Source: Bacteroidales bacterium (GTDB taxonomy: Bacteria > Bacteroidota > Bacteroidia > Bacteroidales > VadinHA17). Taken from it: a stretch of DNA of 64,000 nt. This document shows positions 17,732-26,443 of this stretch, piece after piece. The position numbers and the translations under genes are program-made. A model generated the notes under the pieces. The model saw nothing but the letters and a program-made list of their open reading frames with translations, was not told the origin of the DNA and did no database searches. The DNA is taken from positions 17,065 through 81,064 of the forward strand of contig DATALD010000012.1 in NCBI GenBank assembly GCA_036261255.1. The letters run 5' to 3'. The first letter of the stretch is position 1, and each line of letters begins with the position of its first letter.

Positions 17732-19107
17732 GTTTTAGCTTTCAAAAGGTTATACTTTTGCATTTTATTGTACATTGTTTGCCTGGCTATACCCAGCTCC
17801 TGTGATGCTTTTAATACGCTTCCGCTATTGTTTTTCAGTGCAATCTGAAGGGCTTGTTTTTCCATTTCAGCAAATGTCTGAGGCTTTTGTTGAAGAGATT
17901 GTTGCTGTGGTGCATATGTAATAATAAAATCTTCCGGTTTTAAAATATTAGAATCACATAATATGACAGCTTTTTCTATTGTATGACATAACTCCCTCAC
18001 ATTTCCAGGCCAGTTATGCTTCATAAGTTGGTCAAGTGTTTTGCTGCTGAATTTCAGATAATATTTCTCATATTTGTTTGCATACTCCTTTAGAAAATGC
18101 TCTGCAAGCAAAATAATATCTTCTCCCCGGTTGCGCAGGGGAGGTATTTCTATCACAATTGTGTTGATGCGATAATACAGATCTTCACGGAATAGATTTT
18201 TCGAGACCATATCAGGCAGTTTTTTATTAGTTGCACAGATAAGTCTTATGTCGAAGGGTATTGGTGTTTTTGATCCGACCTTAAATATTACCCGGTTCTG
18301 AATGGCGGCAAGAAGTTTTGCCTGCATAGTAAGAGACAGGTTTGCTATTTCATCCAAAAACAGCGTTCCACCTGAGGCTGTCTCGAACCATCCGGCTTTA
18401 TCTTCTTTTGCATCTGTAAAAGCCCCTTTGACATGCCCGAATATTTCACTCTCGAATAACGTTTCGGTTATTGAGCCGATGTCAATACTGAAGAACGCTT
18501 CGTCAGCTCTTCGTGAAAGATTATGGATTTCTTTGACAATCAATCCTTTTCCTGTTCCGTTCTCGCCAACAACTAAAACATTGGCATCTGTCCTGGCAAC
18601 CTTTTTTATTACCTGCAGAATATCTTCCATAACCTTTGACTTCCCAATCAGGGGACCATCCTGCTTAGTAATTCCTTTGTTTATTTGTTTTTGCCTGTCC
18701 CGGAGTTTTTTATTTTCAATCTTTGATTGCCTCAGTCTGAATGCTGCCTGCAGAGAAGCAATAAGCCTATCATTGTCCCATGGCTTTACAACAAAATCAA
18801 CCGCTCCTTCTTTAATTGCCCTAACAGCCAGGCTAACATCAGAATATGCAGTTATCATCACCACAGCTGCCAACGGATCTGATTTTAATATCCGGTTAAG
18901 CCAGTAAATACCTTCATTACCTGTATTTACGCCAGCTGAAAAATTCATATCCAGGAGGATAACATCATATACCTCATTGCTTATACTGCTGATGATCTGG
19001 TTTGGATTTTTTATACCTGTTATTCTCTCAAATTCCGGTTCAAGGACCTGGACCAGCGTTTTTAAAACCTGTTCGTGATCGTCAACTATCAATAACCTGC
19101 CATTCAT
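17722..19107 (-). CDS. sigma54-dependent response regulator (NtrC family bEBP)
   Basis: REC domain (LLIVDD, LLDMN, VVKP); GENGTGK; ESEIFGHVKGAFTDA; LFLDEI; FREDLYYR; WPGNVREL; Fis-type HTH. Start placed at MNGRLL. Confidence 0.94.
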   Translation of the reverse strand: MNGRLLIVDDHEQVLKTLVQVLEPEFERITGIKNPNQIISSISNEVYDVILLDMNFSAGVNTGNEGIYWLNRILKSDPLAAVVMITAYSDVSLAVRAIKEGAVDFVVKPWDNDRLIASLQAAFRLRQSKIENKKLRDRQKQINKGITKQDGPLIGKSKVMEDILQVIKKVARTDANVLVVGENGTGKGLIVKEIHNLSRRADEAFFSIDIGSITETLFESEIFGHVKGAFTDAKEDKAGWFETASGGTLFLDEIANLSLTMQAKLLAAIQNRVIFKVGSKTPIPFDIRLICATNKKLPDMVSKNLFREDLYYRINTIVIEIPPLRNRGEDIILLAEHFLKEYANKYEKYYLKFSSKTLDQLMKHNWPGNVRELCHTIEKAVILCDSNILKPEDFIITYAPQQQSLQQKPQTFAEMEKQALQIALKNNSGSVLKASQELGIARQTMYNKMQKYNLLKAKTCF

Positions 19108-19118
19108 CTTTTTATTAA

Positions 19119-19157
19119 TGTCTATATATTGGACACAAAATGTCCGATATATAGACA
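19119..19157. promoter_or_regulatory. Tandem enhancer (UAS) sites, TGT-N11-ACA x2
   Basis: TGTCTATATATTGGACA (19119-19135) and TGTCCGATATATAGACA (19141-19157) are inverted copies of each other with 1 mismatch. Confidence 0.7.
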
Positions 19158-19223
19158 AATATATAATAAGATTTTGTAAGGTTGTTAACTTAATAAATTA
19201 TATTTCAAGGAAATAATAAAATC

Positions 19224-19239
19224 TGGTACGGTAATTGGC
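19224..19239 (+). promoter_or_regulatory. sigma54 promoter for the permease gene
   Basis: TGGTACG-GTAA-TTGGC, 66 bp downstream of the UAS pair. Confidence 0.65.
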
Positions 19240-19270
19240 CGAACAGCTGAACTTTTCCTATAAATTTGAT

Positions 19271-21628
19271 ATGATTATGTTAAGGAACAACAAGACAACA
19301 GCCTTTAGGAGTATCAGAAGATATTCGACGTATTCAATTCTTAATATTATTGGGATGGCCATAGGCATGGCTTCTGCAATCTTAATTCTTTTATGGGTAC
19401 AGGATGAATGGAGCTATGACAGACACTTCAAAAATGCTGACAACCTGTACCGGGTTATTGAGAAACAATATTTTTCAGGAGGAGAAGTCTCCCAGTTTGC
19501 AATATCTCCGGGGATTTTAGCCACTGCCCTGAAAGAAGAATTTCCTGAAATCAGCAGATCAACCACGTACTCAAATCCTCAGTTTCCCATTCAAAAAGGC
19601 ATTGATTTTATTGAAGCAAAGATCGCAGTTTCAGACAAGGAGTTTATAAATATGTTTGATATAGAGTTTGTTCGTGGAGATATTAACAGCTCTATGAATG
19701 GACCTTACGATATGGTCGTTACTGAAAATCTTGCGAATAAATATTTCAATGGCGAAGACCCTCTTGGTAAGACATTGAAATCAGCAGGTTGGCTATTTAC
19801 AATCACTGGGATTGTGAAAAGTATGTCACATAATAGTCACATTGAATTTGATATTTTACTTCCTTCGGAATTAATGGAGCAAATTGGCCCTCCTGTAAAC
19901 GACTGGGATTATAGATGTTATAATTACCTGCAATTGCAAAAGGGAACTGACATTAAAGCTTTTGAAAACAAAATTGGGGATTATATTAAAAAGAATAAAG
20001 AAGGATCGAATTCTGAAATCCTCCTTCAAAACATAAAAAAGATCCATTTATTTTCTTCTCAGAAGTACGCCTATGATGTTCCCGGCCAGGGGGACATAAC
20101 TTATATCAGAGTTCTGAGTCTTGTTGCTGTGTTTATTCTGATTGTTGCCTGTATCAATTTTATGAATCTTTCTATTGCGCTTTTATCCAGGAGGTTAATG
20201 GAAATAGGTATTCGTAAAGTGAATGGAGCTGGTAAAGGCAAACTAATCGTCCGGTTTTTAGGAGAATCTTTGCTTATTGTATTGGTGGCTCATGTAGTTG
20301 CAATGATTCTGGTTGAATTGTTGCTGCCCGGATATAATAATCTTATTGGTAAGCACATAGTTGTTGATTACCGCAGTTTTGGGTTATATACAGGTTTAAT
20401 TTCTATGGTACTGTTTTGTGGCTTGCTTGCAGGAAGTTATCCTTCATTTTATTTGGCTTCTCTAAAGCCAATTGATATAATGAAAGGAATTTTTGGCACG
20501 AATCCAGGCAAGGCGAAATTCAGAAGCGCCCTTGTTGTATTCCAGTTTTCATTATCGGTACTGTTAATTATCTGTACTTTAACTGTCGCAAAACAGTTGC
20601 AATATTTGAAAAATAAGGACCTGGGATATAGTAAAGAAGATATTGGTTATTTTTTGTTTGATACGAACCCAAGGGATCCCCGTTTGGAAACTTTTAAGAA
20701 GGAGATCAGCAATAATCCTGATGTATTGAGCGTAACAAGAGCACGTTATAATCCTGTTAATGTTGAAGGTACCTGGTCGGGTCTTAAATGGACAGGAAAA
20801 AAGGAAGGTGATGATGTTATGTTTTATGTACTTGGGGCTGATGAAGATTATGCAAAAACATTTCAACTTGAACTCAGTGAGGGTCGCTTCTTTTCGAGGG
20901 AGTTTTCAACCGATAATACTGCATTAGTGATTAACGAAGAAGCAGCAAAAATAATGAGTCTTAAGAATCCAGTTGGTGAAATATTATCTACCAGTGAAGG
21001 AGCAAAATTTACAATTATTGGAGTGGTAAAAGATTTTAACTTCAAATCACTACATACCGGAATTGAACCTCTAATCATCACTTTGGAGTCATGTAATACT
21101 TTCTACATCAAGATGAAGCCCGATAAAACAACTTCAACTTTAGAATTTGTAAATAAGACATACAATTCATATAAAAATCATAACCCGTTGTATTTCCATT
21201 TTCTTGATAATGATTTTGCAAACCAGTACAAGTCTGAACAAAGAACAGGTAAAATACTGAGTATTTTCTCATTTTTAGCAATACTGATTTCTTGTCTGGG
21301 TCTTATTGGTTTATCATCATTTATGACAGAATGCCGGACAAAAGAGATAGGAATCAGGAAAATCAACGGAGCAACGGCAGGTGAAATATTCTCACGTTTT
21401 TCAGCAGAATACATGATATGGATAATTATTGCAGTAATTATTGCCTGCCCGATTGCATGGTATGTCATGAATAAGTGGTTGCATACTTTTGCTTTCCGGA
21501 TCGAAATGAGTTGGTTGGTATTTGCTCTTGCAGGTGTCTTAGCTCTGATTATTGCATTACTGACAGTCAGTTTCCAGGCGTTTAGAGCCGCAAGCAAAAA
21601 TCCTGTCGAAGCTCTCAGGTATGAATAG
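19271..21628 (+). CDS. Two-module MacB/FtsX-type ABC transporter permease (~790 aa)
   Basis: YSILNIIGMAIG, IACINFMNL-like VACINFMNL, EIGIRKVNGA, KEIGIRKINGA and C-terminal NPVEALRYE. Start 19271 or 19277; the TTG at 19235 lies inside the promoter. Confidence 0.93.
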   Translation: MIMLRNNKTTAFRSIRRYSTYSILNIIGMAIGMASAILILLWVQDEWSYDRHFKNADNLYRVIEKQYFSGGEVSQFAISPGILATALKEEFPEISRSTTYSNPQFPIQKGIDFIEAKIAVSDKEFINMFDIEFVRGDINSSMNGPYDMVVTENLANKYFNGEDPLGKTLKSAGWLFTITGIVKSMSHNSHIEFDILLPSELMEQIGPPVNDWDYRCYNYLQLQKGTDIKAFENKIGDYIKKNKEGSNSEILLQNIKKIHLFSSQKYAYDVPGQGDITYIRVLSLVAVFILIVACINFMNLSIALLSRRLMEIGIRKVNGAGKGKLIVRFLGESLLIVLVAHVVAMILVELLLPGYNNLIGKHIVVDYRSFGLYTGLISMVLFCGLLAGSYPSFYLASLKPIDIMKGIFGTNPGKAKFRSALVVFQFSLSVLLIICTLTVAKQLQYLKNKDLGYSKEDIGYFLFDTNPRDPRLETFKKEISNNPDVLSVTRARYNPVNVEGTWSGLKWTGKKEGDDVMFYVLGADEDYAKTFQLELSEGRFFSREFSTDNTALVINEEAAKIMSLKNPVGEILSTSEGAKFTIIGVVKDFNFKSLHTGIEPLIITLESCNTFYIKMKPDKTTSTLEFVNKTYNSYKNHNPLYFHFLDNDFANQYKSEQRTGKILSIFSFLAILISCLGLIGLSSFMTECRTKEIGIRKINGATAGEIFSRFSAEYMIWIIIAVIIACPIAWYVMNKWLHTFAFRIEMSWLVFALAGVLALIIALLTVSFQAFRAASKNPVEALRYE

Positions 21629-21668
21629 GATAATAGTTTGCGACTCTAGGTGATGTCATTCACAGACT

Positions 21669-21729
21669 TTTACCGCCTTTGTAGCATTTACCGACTTTGC
21701 AGCCTTTATAGCTTTTACCGCCTACCGCC
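21669..21729. repeat. 9-bp-period tandem array between convergent genes
   Basis: TTTACCGCC TTTGTAGCA TTTACCGAC TTTGCAGCC TTTATAGCT TTTACCGCC TACCGCC. Confidence 0.75.
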
Positions 21730-21996
21730 TTAATAAATGTTCTTCAGCTGATTAAAAAACTGTTTCAGTTCAAGTTTCTTATCCTCATCAAGATCATGCC
21801 ACCTTATACCTTGAACTGCCCCTTCAAGCGCGAAAAGCATATTTATGCAGGCATTAGGGTCAATAGTCTTTATCTTTATCATGGCATCCTGACTTCCGGT
21901 ATCAATTAAATCATTTGGAGTTGTAATTCCGACTGATATTAGTTTATCTGCCAGAGTTTTCCCAATGTTGGGCATTTTGGTTAATTCATCATTCAT
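21730..21996 (-). CDS. TfoX C-terminal domain / helix-hairpin-helix protein
   Basis: LTKMPNIGKTLADKLISVGI and CINMLFALEGAVQGIRWHDL. The native ATG (21996) lies within the IS target duplication. Confidence 0.85.
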   Translation of the reverse strand: MNDELTKMPNIGKTLADKLISVGITTPNDLIDTGSQDAMIKIKTIDPNACINMLFALEGAVQGIRWHDLDEDKKLELKQFFNQLKNIY

Positions 21997-21999
21997 TTT

Positions 22000-23311
22000 C
22001 ATTAGTGTCCACTAAAAATTAAATATCGTTCTTTGAAATCTTGAATACATCGAGGTTGTAGAGCTTTTTTGTTACGTGTCGATTTGAAATGAAAATATGG
22101 TTTTTAGCTTTAAAGAAAGGCAAAAACCATGAATCAAGGCAAATATGTATACTCTCAGCTTACAGATTTTCTACCCAAACGTGTTTTCGATTGTATCGTT
22201 GATAAATATGATGGGAATAAGCATGTTAGGTTCTTTACTTGTTGGAATCAACTCTGCAGTATGATTTTTGGTCAATTAGCAGGACGAGAGAGTATGCGTG
22301 ATCTGATGATTGGTCTTGAAGCACACAAATCCAAGTTTTATCATCTGGGATTTGGAAAAAATGTGACCAGATCTAATCTTTCGAAAGCTAATGAAAAGCG
22401 CAATTACAGAATATTTGAAGAGTTTGCATATCACCTGATTGACGAAGCCAGAAGGGTTACTGTAATAAAAGATTTTAATCTTAATATCAAATCAAATGTG
22501 TATGCCTTCGATTCATCTACTATTGATTTATGCCTGAGCGTTTTCTGGTGGGCTGAGTTCCGCAAAACAAAAGGCGGAGTTAAACTACATACTCTGTTTG
22601 ATGTAAAAACCTCAATCCCAAGTTGTATCCTCATAACCAAAGCCTCAGTACATGATATGAATGCTCTGGATTTGCTCTCGTATGAGCCAGGTGGCTATTA
22701 TATACTTGATCGTGGGTATACTGATTATGAAAGGCTTTACAGGATTACCCGGCATTCAGCATATTTTGTAACAAGAACCAAGAAAAACATCAGGTTTAAA
22801 CGTATGTATTCCAACAGTTTGGATAAGAATAAAGGAGTCCTTTCAGATCAGATTGGAAAACTTGAAGGCTTTTACTCATTACAATACTACCCGGATAAAC
22901 TCCGGAAAATCAAGTATTATGATGAAGAAACAGACAGAATCTTCGAGTTTATGACTAATAACTTTGATCTTAAGGCTCATGAGATTGCCCTACTCTACAA
23001 GTACCGTTGGAAAGTAGAATTGTTCTTCAAATGGATCAAACAGTATCTTAGAATAAAATCATTCTGGGGTACAACTCCCAATGCTGTAAAGATCCAAATC
23101 TACTCTGCTATCATCGTATATTGTCTGGTAGCAATAATTGCAAACAAACTGAAAGTGGACCGCACACCTTACGAAATACTACAAATTTTAAGCATATCGC
23201 TTTTTGATAAAACACCTATAAAAGAGCTACTTACGAACCAAGATTACCAAGAAGTCAAAGAACTAAATTGTATACAGTTGAAAATCAATTATATTTAAGT
23301 GGACACTAATG
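22000..23311 (+). mobile_element. IS4-family insertion sequence, 1312 bp, intact
   Basis: 14-bp perfect terminal IR CATTAGTGTCCACT (22000-22013 / 23298-23311). 9-bp target duplication ATTCATTTT at 21991-21999 and 23312-23320. Confidence 0.93.
22129..23298 (+). CDS. IS4 family DDE transposase (DUF4372 + DDE_Tnp_1)
   Basis: AFDSSTIDL (D), GVKLHTLFD, YYILDRGY (D), and YKYRWKVELFFKWIKQ (Y-2-R-3-E-6-K signature). Confidence 0.95.
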   Translation: MNQGKYVYSQLTDFLPKRVFDCIVDKYDGNKHVRFFTCWNQLCSMIFGQLAGRESMRDLMIGLEAHKSKFYHLGFGKNVTRSNLSKANEKRNYRIFEEFAYHLIDEARRVTVIKDFNLNIKSNVYAFDSSTIDLCLSVFWWAEFRKTKGGVKLHTLFDVKTSIPSCILITKASVHDMNALDLLSYEPGGYYILDRGYTDYERLYRITRHSAYFVTRTKKNIRFKRMYSNSLDKNKGVLSDQIGKLEGFYSLQYYPDKLRKIKYYDEETDRIFEFMTNNFDLKAHEIALLYKYRWKVELFFKWIKQYLRIKSFWGTTPNAVKIQIYSAIIVYCLVAIIANKLKVDRTPYEILQILSISLFDKTPIKELLTNQDYQEVKELNCIQLKINYI

Positions 23312-23353
23312 ATTCATTTTATCATTTTAATTGAGGATTTTTCAAAAAGACTT

Positions 23354-23471
23354 AACCACAGAGTAACACAGAGTATATTAATTAGTTACACAGAGTTAAT
23401 TTGTGGCGCATAATAAATCGTTTGGATAACTCTATGCAACTCATGGTTTTTACCCTGTGACCTCTGTGGTT
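23354..23471. mobile_element. 118-bp MITE-like element with AACCACAGAG...CTCTGTGGTT termini
   Basis: 10-bp perfect terminal IR; internal ACACAGAG copies at 23365 and 23388. Confidence 0.65.
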
Positions 23472-23506
23472 GTTAATTTGAGCAGTCTCAATAAGTTTGG
23501 ATATGA

Positions 23507-24025
23507 TCAATTTAAACCAGTCGTTTTTACGAATTTAATACCATTTATCACAAGTTTGCCATCTGTTATTGTGACTGTAAAACTTGCAGCGAGGAAACCA
23601 TTTATCCCGGATGCATCTTCAATTTTATCATCGTCACCGCCATTTGCTTCATCAAGAGCTGCTGCGACTGAACCATACCAGGTTCCATCATCATCATTAC
23701 AAACGTCAGTAATAGTAAAATTATTACCATTGTATGATCCTTTCAATGAAGCTTCAAATATTGTTCCGGATGTAGAAGGGTAATGACTGTTAGCCTGTAC
23801 TTTCCGGTAAAATGTGAACTTACCATCATTTGTAATTTGGATTTGTAAATAGCTTTGTGGCCATGACACCATTGCATCTCTGTAGGGATCATCAAATTGT
23901 TGTGCTTCGCTGATCCATGTTCCTGCATAAGGACTTTCAGCATCTTTCTTATCTGATTTTTCACAGGAACAAACAAGTGTTACAGCAACTAATAAGGTTA
24001 AAAACCATCCGGATCTAAAATTCAT
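23507..24025 (-). CDS. Hypothetical lipoprotein (lipocalin-like)
   Basis: Lipobox LVCS-C; YAGTWISE. Start moved to MNFRS. Confidence 0.7.
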   Translation of the reverse strand: MNFRSGWFLTLLVAVTLVCSCEKSDKKDAESPYAGTWISEAQQFDDPYRDAMVSWPQSYLQIQITNDGKFTFYRKVQANSHYPSTSGTIFEASLKGSYNGNNFTITDVCNDDDGTWYGSVAAALDEANGGDDDKIEDASGINGFLAASFTVTITDGKLVINGIKFVKTTGLN

Positions 24026-24160
24026 TTTCGTCATAATACAATAAACCCTTATTCGTGTCGGGCACAACTTTTAACAACAATAAAATCTTTTTCTAATAGT
24101 AGTAATTGCAGCAATTTTAAGAAAAAATTTCGAAAAACCTGCTCCCATGCTTTACCTGCC

Positions 24161-24188
24161 CTGTACTCTGCGTCCTGCGCCCTACGCC
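24161..24188. repeat. 7-bp-period tandem array
   Basis: CTGTACT CTGCGTC CTGCGCC CTACGCC. Confidence 0.55.
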
Positions 24189-24261
24189 ATTGAACATTAT
24201 CCTTCCAACCCATGTTGATCTATAAGGTTTCTGCAAGTATTAACAATTAACACTATAAAGA

Positions 24262-24606
24262 ATGAGCCACGAACAATTTAAAGACGTAATTGATGCGCTT
24301 TATAAATGCGCAACAGACTGTATCCATTGCGAGGTTGCATGTCTTGAAGAAGATAATGTAAAGGGTCTGGTGCAATGCATAAAGCTAGACAGGGAGTGTT
24401 CTGAGACTTGTATTTTTGCTGCGAAAATGCTTGCCTCAGATCCGGAGATGTCAACTGATATTCTTAATCTATGCGCCAGCATCTGCGATTTATGTGCAAC
24501 TGAATGTGAGAAACATGCGGGTCACATGGAACATTGCAAAGTATGTGCTGAATCATGCCGCGAATGTGCTGAAGCATGCAGATCAACAGTATCTCTGGTA
24601 TCATAA
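24262..24606 (+). CDS. Four-helix bundle copper-binding/storage protein (DUF326/Csp3-like)
   Basis: 16 Cys in CxxxC/CxxC spacing; CIKLDRECSETC, HCKVCAESCRECAEAC. No signal peptide. Confidence 0.9.
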   Translation: MSHEQFKDVIDALYKCATDCIHCEVACLEEDNVKGLVQCIKLDRECSETCIFAAKMLASDPEMSTDILNLCASICDLCATECEKHAGHMEHCKVCAESCRECAEACRSTVSLVS

Positions 24607-24628
24607 TTCTTAATGAGCATATCGGTGA

Positions 24629-24663
24629 TAGCCCGATTTTATTGCATAGAATCGGCTGTTTTT
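24629..24663 (+). terminator. Probable terminator after the copper-storage gene
   Basis: AGCCCGATT...AATCGGCT stem followed by GTTTTTT. Confidence 0.5.
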
Positions 24664-24767
24664 TAGAGATTTATAAACATTCTAAATTTCTAATAAACAG
24701 CATTTTCCATTGCCGGTAGATCGTTTTAAATTCAATATTTGGCGGTTGAAACTAACCTGCCATAATA

Positions 24768-26318
24768 TTGAACTATACAAAAACGGTCAGCATATTAGCT
24801 TTCATGCTTTTACTACTTGTGAGATGCTCAAAAGAAGAGTATGATTCTTCTATAAAGTTTGATGGTTACGAAAAACACCTGAACATCACTGTTCCTTTGA
24901 AAGGGACAAGGGATCCGTTTGCATTTCAAAACATGAACAGGGCTCTCAACAAGCTGAAAGCATTAAGGCCTGAACTTACAGATTTGACAATAAAACCTAA
25001 TCATCTTTACCTAAGGTTTTTGCCAGGGAATGAGATTCAAATGGATCTTCTCTTAAAAGATTCATCTATTGTTCTGTTTGATCACTCCCTGGATTCCGAA
25101 GATTATGCATCTCCGGATACTTCAAGTTCAGGTTACGGTCCGCAATATTGTGTTGTTCCAATAGACAGATCACTGCCTGCCATTCCTTACGAACTTCTTT
25201 ATGAAGTATTTATCCCGCCTGATGAAGCAACAACAAAAAGCTCTTCAACAGGGAGTTATTCTTTTTACGATGAGCTACTATCTGTATCAGCAAATCTCAC
25301 AGGGAACCTCGACAGCGAAGATACACTTTTACAGGTATCAAGATCATCCGGACGAAGATGGAATCCCTCCGGCAGGATAAGAGCCTGGGATGATCTTGTA
25401 GGCGATTATATTCCTTTGAACCATGTGAATGTGCATGCCCGCTGGTTCACACATATCGAAAGCTCCCTCACCGATTCAGAAGGATATTTCAGCATGAGCT
25501 CTTTCAGGTATAAGGTAAACTATTCAATTAAATGGGAAAACTCATTCTTCACAATACGCGATGGCAACTTCCTCCAGGCCTGGTATAACGGCCCAAGAAT
25601 TAAAGGTGAGTGGAACCTCGATATAAAAGGCGGCAAATCAATTATGTTCGCCACAATCCATCGCGCAGCATACAGGCATTTCTATGGCGATAATCTTGGC
25701 ATGGTAAGGCCTTTCCTAAAGGCTGGTGGCCGAACAAAGATCTGTTATTCAGACAACGATGGCACCGGCAAGTTCCTTGGTGACTATAGCGCCGGTGGCA
25801 TTTTCCCTGATATAAAGATATGGGGAAGAACTAATGGGGAATACAAAACAACAAACAAGATATTTGCTGTAACTGCGCATGAGCTTGGGCACCAGGCTCA
25901 TTCTCAATACCTGGGTAATATTAGATTTTGGCAAACATCAAATATAATCAGGGAGAGCTGGGCCGAAGCTGTTGAATGGGCCCTGGCAAATGATGAGTAT
26001 CACAAGCTGGGTAAGGAGTATTCAAGCGACCAGGCATTGTTTTATAATCACCAGATATATAAGCATAACAACTGGCCCAACATAGCTGACAGGGATTATT
26101 CTCCTATATTCATTGACCTTATTGATAATATAAATCAGTATGTTGAAGTCGGTCCGGAACACCCCAACGATATGATCTCTGAATACAGCATCTCATTTAT
26201 TAACAGTAATTTACTGCGTAACTCTAACGATATCTCCAGCCTGAAAAGTGAAGTTTCAAAGAATAAGCTTGAAGGTGTTGACGATTATAAGATAAAGGAG
26301 TTGTTTGGCCTGTATTAG
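24768..26318 (+). CDS. Exported protein (probable lipoprotein) with a HEXXH zinc-metalloprotease-like motif
   Basis: TTG start; hydrophobic leader ending LLVR-C; AVTAHELGHQAH followed by IRESWAEAVEW. Confidence 0.7.
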   Translation: MNYTKTVSILAFMLLLLVRCSKEEYDSSIKFDGYEKHLNITVPLKGTRDPFAFQNMNRALNKLKALRPELTDLTIKPNHLYLRFLPGNEIQMDLLLKDSSIVLFDHSLDSEDYASPDTSSSGYGPQYCVVPIDRSLPAIPYELLYEVFIPPDEATTKSSSTGSYSFYDELLSVSANLTGNLDSEDTLLQVSRSSGRRWNPSGRIRAWDDLVGDYIPLNHVNVHARWFTHIESSLTDSEGYFSMSSFRYKVNYSIKWENSFFTIRDGNFLQAWYNGPRIKGEWNLDIKGGKSIMFATIHRAAYRHFYGDNLGMVRPFLKAGGRTKICYSDNDGTGKFLGDYSAGGIFPDIKIWGRTNGEYKTTNKIFAVTAHELGHQAHSQYLGNIRFWQTSNIIRESWAEAVEWALANDEYHKLGKEYSSDQALFYNHQIYKHNNWPNIADRDYSPIFIDLIDNINQYVEVGPEHPNDMISEYSISFINSNLLRNSNDISSLKSEVSKNKLEGVDDYKIKELFGLY

Positions 26319-26353
26319 TTGGTAAATGTTGCCCTCTTGCAAGACCTCTCCTC

Positions 26354-26384
26354 TAAATCTCCTCCTCAAGTGGGAGGAGATTTA
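26354..26384. repeat. REP-like hairpin / bidirectional terminator between convergent genes
   Basis: TAAATCTCCTCC / GGAGGAGATTTA perfect 12-bp stem with a 7-nt loop. Confidence 0.65.
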
Positions 26385-26443
26385 TATTCAGGAATGAAGG
26401 GGTGAGATTAGATAAACAGGAACACTAACATTAAAGAGCCATA

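Noticed and set aside
19108-19270. Extended starts at 19158 (regulator) and 19235 (permease)
   Set aside because: They overlap the UAS and sigma54 promoter; downstream ATGs match the family N-termini.
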